DNA from: Octopus sinensis
Lineage: Eukaryota
Direction: 5' to 3'
Length of the DNA: 64,000 nucleotides
Assembly (NCBI RefSeq): GCF_006345805.1
Contig: NC_043012.1
Coordinates: 47,182,001-47,246,000 of the forward strand
A program made the translations under genes and the position numbers. The notes beneath the pieces are model-generated. The model ran no database searches, was not told the origin of the DNA, and saw nothing but the letters and a program-made list of their open reading frames with translations. Shown here one piece after another: positions 53,956 to 64,000 of this stretch (position 1 is the first letter of the stretch; every line of letters starts with the position of its first letter).

Positions 53956-55624
53956 TAGATCTATCTATATGTACGTATACGTGTGTGTTTGTGTGCACAT
54001 ATGTACGTATATATTTGTATATTTGCGTGCATATATTAAATTTTAAATGATTGCCGATGAAGAGAAATAGGCGAACATATGTGGTACGCTAAATTGTTTT
54101 TGCGTTATGTTTGTGGAATTTAGAAGGCTGAAACCGAAGGAGATGATATTTTAGACCGTATATTAATTACACAATATGAAATTATACCGGCGTTCTCTTG
54201 TATCTCTAGTTGCAGGACTCTGACATCAATGAAAATATGAATATGGACTTAAATACCGATATTCGTAACGATATATATCGTATACAAAATAGCTGTAGTT
54301 GATTAACAATTCGAGTAATGTACACTTTAAATTCTAACAAATAATATTTACATTGGTTCTGAATCGACAAAAATGCAATAATGAAAGCAAAGCGATTATT
54401 TTTGACTTCGATATATTTTAGTATGTACTGGTCCTAAACATGTAACAGCTTGTGTAACAAAATGAGAATCAATAAAATTTGCGCATTTGTTGAGTAAAAA
54501 TTTAATCTATCCAGTCGTGTTTTCACCTTCATATCGATTCCTGAATGAACTTGAATTATCTGACTTCAGCAATGAAAATAATGGATGGCGCAGAATTAAT
54601 TTTGCTCTATGAAATATTTTCCTTTTGCAATTCTGTATATTTCAAAGCATTTCCATTCAATAAGGGACCACGATTATATGCGCTGAAAAATAAATGCTAA
54701 GTTAAATATAGTACATATAGGATTGTAACAAAATTAAACAGCAATATATGAGATTAAAAATATTTGTAGCAGTATCACACAACTATATCGAATTGTGTGG
54801 ATTGGCTACTCGGTGTATACAGCTGACAATCTGTTATCGTTGCTATGTTGAAATAGCTTGATCTTCATTCCTATCTGTAGAAACAACTTTTATTTCTCCT
54901 TTCAAAATTCTAGTCGTCCTCCATTTTTAAAGGGTAAAAAAAAAAAGAGATAAACAAATTATTTCCCCAAAATTCTGAAAATAAACTTTTTCAGCATAAT
55001 CTCAATGAATATTTGCTAGAAGTTTATTACATGGCTTGAGTTTATTACGAATTCGAAAGACTGGTTCAACAAGCTAAATGCAAAAGCAATAACAGCATGT
55101 CTTTAACAGCCAGTAGTAGTAAGCAACGTATTATCGATATAAAAGAGGTAGCATCCTTGAGTTGAATAATAGAGGAAAACTAACGAACAATATGATTTGT
55201 CAATTTTAAGAAGCTATTAATAATGAAGGTGATGCGTCGGTATATATGTCTGTGGCAGAAAAAACTTCCTGGTAAACTACTAATGTCGAAAGTCACATGC
55301 TCTCAAAAGGTGATCACATTGCTGAAGGAATACAAACGAACCGTTCGTTGTTACTTAGCCTGAACATGTGAAGTGAGAGATAATGATAAGGCAGAAGGAG
55401 AATGAATGCTTCAGGACGAAGCTAAACAATAGACGTAAAAGCTGAACAGCAAATTGTCCAAATTGTCCAGAAGTATTACAAGTGAAGTCTATACTGAACA
55501 ACGTAGTTGCTAATATATACACAGATGAAAGTTTACATCACGGTTAATTTTACATTAGGACAGGCAACATATAACGGCATAAAATTGAATCCTTAACAAG
55601 GAGCACTGCCATACCAACACACAC

Positions 55625-55660
<36 letters not shown>

Positions 55661-55799
55661 ATATCTGTGTGCGTGAGCGCACGGGCATGCTTCTGCGTGA
55701 GACATTCCACCAGTATACGAAGTTTCAAACCTTTCAGTTAAAAAAAATTAATTAAAAAATCTGTGAAGCAAACTGAACAGATCCAATATGCAAGACTTT

Positions 55800-56100
55800 T
55801 CTCAAGTTGCAAATGTGAATTTGACTGCGTTAACTACATCCCAGAGATGGAGCTTGTATCCTTGTTGGAAAACGGCTCCCTCCTCAATGGAAACTTTATA
55901 ATAATTAAAAAGTAGATGAGACACAAATGCAGGACTTCGGAATTTAGATCTTCTAGCTAGACTTGTTTCCCTTTTGCTTTTGTAGATTATGGCAAGTTGT
56001 TTTCTGAGAGGTGCGTGCAATGCAAATTTACAACTAGGTTTGATGCAAATCGATTTGAAAAGTAGATTTATAGGAAGGGTGATAGAGTTGGGCAGGAGGA
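55800..56100 (-). mobile_element. Possible Penelope GIY-YIG relic
   Basis: Weak peptide FASNLVVNLHCTHL resembling CxSSNLIYxIxC; heavily decayed. Confidence 0.25.
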
Positions 56101-56539
56101 GATTATCTTTATAGAGTGGAGGTCCGTAGATGGCTATTGTTGGAATATTTTACTTCGTTAGAAGTGGGATTTGATCTAATGTTTAGAGATCAATCATGCG
56201 TTGAGATATACAAGTGAGTCCAATGAAGGTGTGTAAGGTTGAGGTCATGAGATTCCTTGTATAGAATGTTGAAGTGTATTTTGTTTCAGGCTTCACAAAT
56301 AATGAACATTGTTCAAGTAGTTGTTAGCCCAGTGTACGCACAACCGCTGTTGGATTAGTCAGAAACCTTTAAAAAAACTAGGTTGCTTTAAGTATTTACT
56401 AGGTTAATCTAGTTTGTGTAGAGTCTGCTTATTTGTATTTATATTACATTATTTTAAATACATGCATACACGTAACTGCAGGGCATCACTGCACGTCAAA
56501 TACAAGTGTGATGCATTTTCTTTAGATCTAAAAGATGTA

Positions 56540-57034
56540 TACCGTAAATCCTCGAGTATAGTCCGCCCTTGAGTATAATACGCAAGGGATTTCTAGGGGG
56601 CTGTACCTCTGAAAAACCTAAACCTTTTGTATAATACGCACCCCTTCTCTAACATGAGTCAAGGAGGTCTATATAACGTCCTAGATTTGTAAATCTGTAT
56701 ATGGTAACGTCCTTTATTATTATTGTATATATAACATAATGCAAACGTGTAGCATTTTTGTGCATTTTGTTTGCAGAAAATAAAGAAATAAAAGTAATAT
56801 CGTTTAAGAAATGTTGCTTACTGCATGTTATGGATGATTTTGTTTATGACTTCATTGCTTTCAGGTTTAGCTTAAGGTATTTCCGCGCCCTACATCACAA
56901 AATGCGTCGGAATAAAAGACTCGGACATTGTTTAGAAAATAATATTCATTTTAAACCTCGTATATAGTACACACTAGGGATTTGGACCTTTAAATTTTGG
57001 GGAAACATGCGTATTATACACGATGATTTAGGTA
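56540..57034. mobile_element. pogo/Fot1-type MITE
   Basis: TACCGTAAATCCTCGAGTATA versus decayed GCGTATTATACACGATGATTTAGGTA. Confidence 0.65.
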
Positions 57035-57504
57035 TGTATAAACAATATGTGATAACGAAATATAGTAATAGCTATGGATATAGACACAAATTAACGCATG
57101 CAGACATATGCAAGTATGCCCATGTATAAGAAGCTAAATACTCACAGCTACGCTTCACGCGTATCCTCAAAGCTCTTGCGCGCGCGCACACACACACATG
57201 TATATATATATGCATATATATATATATATACATGTCTCTAACCACTTATGTTCGAATTTGTTCATGTGCATATATCTCTCTCTTTTACTCTTTTACGTGT
57301 TTCAGTCATTTGACTCTGGCCATGTTGGAACACCGCATTTGACCAAGCAAACCGACCCCAGGACTTATTCGTTGTAAGTCTAGTACTCATTCTATCGGTC
57401 TCTTTGCCAAACCGGTAGGTTACGGGGAGGTAAACACACCAGCATCGTTTGTCAAGTGATGTTGGGCGGACAAACACCGACACACATACATATGCACACA
57501 TACA

Positions 57505-57538
<34 letters not shown>

Positions 57539-57569
57539 CATACATACATACATACATATATATATATAT

Positions 57570-57630
<61 letters not shown>

Positions 57631-58150
57631 TATACATATATACGGCGGGCTTCTTTCAGTTTCCGTCTACCGAATCCACTCAGAAGACTGTGGTCGGCCC
57701 GAGACTATATTAGAAGACACCTGCTCAAGTTGCCACGCAGTGAGACAGAACCCGGAACCATGTGGTTAGTAAGCAAGCTACTTACCACACAGCCACTCCA
57801 ACGCCTATATAAGTATCATAGCACCCTTACGCATACCCGTGCAAGTATATCATCTATACACATAAAATCCCTGTCTTTCCATCCTGCTCTCAGTCATGTC
57901 ATATATTAGTATATACCATTATCTCTGTACACGTATACATTCATATACTGATCCACACACTTGCATATACATACACGCCCACACTTGCTCCTGCTAACAC
58001 TTGTGTATGTGTGCATTCATATATTCGTATGCATGCATGTATGTATGTATTTATGTAGGTAAAGTTAATCCAAACATGAAAGCACAAAAAAACACAACGC
58101 GAGGACGTGGAACAAATATTGTATTACTCGACGCTCAGGAAAGAAGGAGG

Positions 58151-58185
58151 GTTTAACGTTTCGAGCGGAGCTCTTCGTCAGAAAC
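58151..58185 (-). ncRNA. 35-nt minimal hammerhead ribozyme
   Basis: gttt CTGACGA A GAG ctccg CTC GAAAC GTT aaac; stem III is the loopless palindrome ACGT; host repeat 58070-58242. Confidence 0.75.
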
Positions 58186-58464
58186 ACAGGAGAAGGAAAG
58201 ATCCAGAGAATGGAAGACAGAAGAAAGAAATCGCGGTCACATGTGTATATGCATCAATGCATCTACGTATATATTCTCTTATTCTTTTATTTGTTTCAGT
58301 CATTTGACTGCGGCCATAATGGAGCACCGCCTTTATTCAAACTTTGCTTTTTATTTTTCTTGCTATTATTTTTATATTTAGCAATATTTTTTATTTTTAC
58401 TAATCTTATTTATTTTATTTTATCTAGTTTCAGCTCACGAGCTGTGGCCATGCTGGGGCACCGC

Positions 58465-58499
<35 letters not shown>

Positions 58500-59162
58500 A
58501 TATGATAAAATAATCGTCATTACACTTATTTTCGCAATCATTAGTATTGTTATCATCTTGTTACCTGCCAGCCGTAATTTCTTGTTTTTTTCCCTCCCCT
58601 CAATTCCATACACAAAGTGACAGAAAAAATCTAATCTCCATACTATATTTTTCTTTATGTTTATTCCGAAAGCTATTTCTTTGTTTGTCTATTTTGCGTG
58701 TAATTAGCTTTCCTTATTGTAAATGTTTTTTCTTCTGTTATTCAGTTTTGTTTTTCATCTTTCTACTTTTTCTTATTATCATTCCTGGTTTCATCTAGTT
58801 TTAAGTTAACCTTGCCTTTCAGACTTGCGTACGCCTCTTCCTTCAAAAACTTCATTTCCTCCTTGCTGATATATAATATATACTCTCTCGTTAGATATAC
58901 TGGTTTGTATTTTAGTCTGCGATTTCAATTTACGATTCTGTCATCAGTCAATTACATCCTGACAAAAATGTTAGAATTTTTTTTTTAGTATTTGTATAAT
59001 ATTATTTATTTATTTTTCTTATTTATTGTAAGATAATTTATTTTAGTATTATCATTGTTGATAGTTGAAGTTTTTCTTTTTCTTGCTAAATCTAGTTCGT
59101 ATGTTTCTGTCTATTTTTTATATTCATTTCTTTCATTCTTTTTCTAACTTTTATTATCCTTG

Positions 59163-59195
<33 letters not shown>

Positions 59196-59558
59196 CCGCC
59201 GTAATTTTCTTTAGTTATTCTTAATTAACAGATAATCATCTAAAAGGTTGCCATTGTATACAGTTCATTATACTTGATGCAATGTGTGGTTGATAAGTAT
59301 TTTTAAATGAATTATCGTGACGAGAGAAAAAAAAAATAACTGTAAAATTTCTTCCAAAACCAAACATTCGGAGGGAAGAAACAGTCGTTTACACAGAATC
59401 CGGAGCACGTGGAGTACTTATCTTCACACTTTCAGTATGGTGACAAACATAATCATCTTGGGTGGGGTTCCGACAGAAAAATTTGAAAGTCGTTGAAAGC
59501 AGAAACTCAGAGATAGAACGCATTTTATTCCCCACAATTTTGCCAGTTAACTGCTAGG

Positions 59559-59873
<315 letters not shown>

Positions 59874-60200
59874 AAAGTTCAGCCAACACAAACCTCACCT
59901 CGGCTCTTTAGATGTTAACCAAATATGAAAGTATTATTTGACAGGCAAGAATTCTGGCGTTGAAGACAGCCAGCCAGCCAACCACCCAGCCAGTCAACGA
60001 GACAGACAGACACTACTGTGATGGTGATAATGATAAAAACAAAAATAACAATAATAAGATACTGCTGTGACTACACGTAAAAAATATCATTGATGATGAT
60101 GATGATGATGATGATGGTGATGGTGATGATGATAATGATAATAGTAATAGTGGTGATAATGATAATAGTGATAATAATGGTGATGATAATAACAATAATA

Positions 60201-63200
60201 AGCCGATTACGGCTGCTATAATGGTACGATTATACTTGTAACGGCAATGATGGCCGTCTCCCCACGAGCCAATCAAAGTTCAAAAATGATAACATTACCG
60301 TAGCACCAAAATGTTTTTGGTAACTAAAAGGAAAACTAAATCAGTATACCAAATCGCTTGTCCTTTGGTTAATCTGGAAGCGCGTCCCCCAGGGAAGAGC
60401 CAGCCTTGGATCGAAAAGTCATCAACTGGCACAAACTCTTCTCCGAATACGGACATGGATGGTCACTTGAACGGGAAATTCCCCAACTCGAGCCCTCCAA
60501 GTTCACCACCATAACCACCACAGAAAGATAAAATGTAAGCGGAACAAATGGACCCGAGAAGCGTATAAAGAAGTAATATGCGCTTATTTCTATGCCTTAA
60601 GTAGGCCATGTCAAGAGAGACACACCGCAAACTCTTACAGTATATGGAGAACACGGAATTAAGATAGTAGGCCCTATTTGGACGAGAACAAAATGGCAAA
60701 TGTGAGGAGGGATATCCTTAGAAATAACAGACTCACAGACAGTGAAATAAGCGCGATCAAGCACGCAACGGAAAATGACATAAATATAAGACACAAAGGA
60801 AATGAAAAATCAGATGAACAGTATAGCCCGCCACGAGGCTTAATTGAAATACTGCCATCTGACCAAAGTACGCAAAGGCCTGAAGATACAAGAAATTCTA
60901 TTGAACCTGTTAAAGACAGCCAGGAAAATGATAAAACAACAGTAACTGAAGATCTCGCATTTGCTGAAGAACACAGAGAGTCTATGGCAGAAATGAGGCA
61001 GAAAATCCTGAATACGCTTGAAGTTGTAAGACATACAAGTATGAATGATAGAGAACCACTTCATAAACTCTCAAATACAAACCAAAATAAAAAAAACAAA
61101 TCAAATTGGCAACTATGTAACAAATGAAATAATACAAGAATTAAAACCTGATTTTACTGAGTTAAATGAAATTATTTACGCTTCTGCTAGGGCAATTGAA
61201 ACCAGCTGTATGCCCCCGAAAAAACAAAGAAACCCAAACCTGGGAAGAAATCAAACTTGGAGAAGTAAAATTGAAAAAGAGATTGAATTTATGAGAGGGG
61301 AAATATCAATATTAAATGAACTAATATGTGGAATTGATGTAAGATCCAGAACAGGAAGAAAGATGAAGAGAAAATTTGGATCCTCACGAAGAGAAGAACT
61401 GATATCAATAAAAGAAACGCAGAAACAAAAAGTCCAAGCAAAAGCTTAAAGAATACGAAGATTTGAGAAGAGAAACAAGTTTTACAAGCAAAATAAGCTG
61501 TTCACATCCAATGCCAAAAAATTCTACAGAGAAATAGGCAAGGAGAAAGTAACCGTTCAAGACCCCTCTCCCATGGAAGAAGTTCAAAACTTTTGGGAAG
61601 TGATTTGGAGTGACAAGAAGACGTACAACATAAATGCAGACTGGATTATACAAACAGAAGGATCCTACCAAAATTTACAACAAGCATGGGAAGACATCAC
61701 AATAGCAGACCTAAGGAAGGCACTCACGAAGGCCCATAATTGGAAATCCCCCGGTAAAGATAGGGTGCCGAATTTCTGGCTCGTATCGCTCCCATGCGCA
61801 CACGGTAAGCTAGTTCAGCTGCTCAATGGAATTATGAGAGACCCAAAGAAAACACCTGAATGGTTAGCAAGTGGTATTACTTACCTACTCCCAAAGAATA
61901 ACGAAACCAACCTTCCAAAAACTATCGGCCTATAACCTGTCTATCCACCACGTATAAAATCCTAACATCTATCCTGACGGAGAAAACATATGCATTCATG
62001 GAGAAGAACGATATTTTCCCCAATGAACAAAAAGGGTGCCGCCGAGGCTCATACGGATGCAAAGATCAACTGCTAATTAATCGTATGATCCTTGAGAACT
62101 GTCACAACAAGCGCAGAAATCTCAGCTCCGCATGGATTGACTATAAAAAGGCCTTCGACAGTATACCGCATCCATGGATCTTGAGATCGTCGGACATCTT
62201 CAAAATTTCCCCTGTGATTTCAAGCTTTCTGAAGCACAATATGTCGTTGTGGAATACGAATCTCCAATTATACCACTCTAACGGAGTACTTGCTTCAGAA
62301 AATATAAACATCCACTGTGGAATTTTTCAAGGTGACTCACTTTCACTTGTAATATTCTGCATAGTCCTAATACCCCTTACAAGTGAATTAAACAGAACAG
62401 GGTGTGGGTATAAAATTGCCAATAAAAAAATAAGCTATCTATTTTATATGGATGACTTAAAACTTTATGGTAAAGACGATAATGAACTTGAAGGCCTATT
62501 GCGCACTGTGAAAGCATTCAGCGATGACATCGGGATGGAGTTTGTGCTTGAGAAGTGTACCAAGGCCACTTTCCAGAAAGGGAAAGTAAAGACCACAAAT
62601 TCAGTCGTGTTAGATGTTGACACAGTCATAAGCAAGAACAAACATACAAATATTTAGGGATAAATGAAGGCTCTGGTATTCAGCATGCAAGCATGAAAGA
62701 GAAGATCAGGAAGGAATGTTATAGGAGAGTTCGTGCAGTCCCGAAATCTGAACTAAATGAACGTAACAAGGTGTTAGCTATAAATTCCTTAGCAGTTCCA
62801 GTTGTTACTTATAACTACAATGTGTTGAACTGGAATATGAGTGAAGTAAAGAATATAGATAGGAAAATACGCAAGCTGCTGAGTTGTAATAGGATGCACC
62901 ACCCAAAGGCAGACGTAGATTGCCTTTACCTTCCCAGAGCCCAAGGAGGTTGAGGCCTGATCCAATTTGAACTAGCTTACATAACAACCACAATTGGACT
63001 GACCAAATATCTCGAAATAACGAATGACTGGATGCTAAATCTCGTGGAAAATCACGAGAGACGAAAGAAGATTCATTCCATCATAAAGGAAAGCAAACAA
63101 TTTGCTATTGATCTCGTGCAGGATACCCAAACTGAACGACCCAAGGGAAGTAAGGCAACTATTGTTGCAAAGAAGGTGAAAATAATGGCAACGAAAAAAG

Positions 63201-64000
63201 CGCACGAGCAATTGGCTATAGGTGGAAGGAGAAACCTCTGCACGGCAAATATGTGACCCGTAGCAAACAAGCTGATGTTGACCAGAAGCAAACCCATCTG
63301 TGGCTACGGAGCTCAGGGCTAAAAGCAGGGAGCGAAGGTTTCATCCTTGCTGCTCAAGATCAAAGCCTATTAACCCGGAACTACCAGGCCAATGTGATGA
63401 AAAATGGAACAGACCCAAAATGCCGATCCTGCAACGCCATGATTGAAACAGTGTACCACCTAATCTCTGGATGTGGAGTATAAATTATGACATGACAGAG
63501 TTGGCCAATATCTACACTGGCTAATAAGTCGGAATTACAATATCAAAACTGCCGACAAGTGGTATAATCACCACCCTGAAGCTGTAACTGAAGGATTAAA
63601 TGTAACGATTCTGTGGGACTTTCCAGTACATACAGACCGAACCATCAAAGCCAATAAACCAGATATTGTTGTGAAAGACCAAAACAATAAAGTTTGCTTA
63701 TTGATCGACATGAGCATCCCCTGTGATCATAATATCTCGGCGAAAGAGCTTGACAAGCTCAGAAAATATAAAGACCTGCTCATTGAAATTGAGAAAATGT
63801 GGCATCACAAGGCGGTTACAATACCAGTGATCGTAGGAGCACTAGGAATGATCAAGAAGGGAGCCGAAAATTATAGGAGAATGATCCCTGGCTTACCATC
63901 CCTGCAAGAAGTGCAAAAGATTGTCTTAACTGGTGCATCACACGTATTGAGAAGAGCATTTTCGATGTGAGAACTATTACTACCCATGTGTTTTAATTTA
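60201..64000 (+). mobile_element. R4/Dong-clade non-LTR retrotransposon, near full length, disrupted ORF 60311-63970
   Basis: KWTREAYKEV..AYFYA N-terminus; RT motifs KSPGKD, EQKGCRRG, WIDYKKAFDS, GIFQGDSLS, YMDDLKLY; CCHC CRSCNAMIETVYHLISGC; RLE KPDIVV..CLLIDMSIP..KYKDL; several stops and frameshifts. Confidence 0.92.

Noticed and set aside
60201-60290. HDV-like ribozyme at the LINE 5-prime end
   Set aside because: Partial P3/L3-like CGTCTCCCCACG only; I could not build P1, P2 or J4/2 convincingly. An HDV RNAMotif scan would settle it

Overview
AT-rich eukaryotic window dominated by microsatellites and repeats, with one 100-N gap at 41011-41110. The SINE families and (TA)n density suggest a coleoid cephalopod, probably Octopus; this is an inference. 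I recognise no intact host protein-coding gene, and nearly all listed ORFs are translated microsatellites. Recognisable parts are decayed Tc1/mariner, maT, hATm-like, Helitron, RTE and Penelope-like (PLE) elements, at least four tRNA-type SINE families, and a near-full-length R4/Dong-clade LINE running off the right edge. The main hidden signal is a dense set of type I hammerhead ribozyme (HHR) motifs found by reading both strands. About 18 have the core or a single-change core variant plus paired stems I-III, and about 8 more are relics. Most have self-complementary stem III sequences, as in dimer-cleaving HHRs. They include recurrent core variants (U3-A8 twice, U4C in several families, A6U). 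Most sit in short non-coding elements built as partial tandems or fold-back palindromes next to (TA)n tracts. One near-perfect 484-bp palindrome carries an intact HHR on each strand. A separate divergent pair of CCAAT/octamer/ETS-like modules at 28.3 and 28.7 kb may be a bidirectional promoter. All folds and alignments were done by eye and no activity has been tested.
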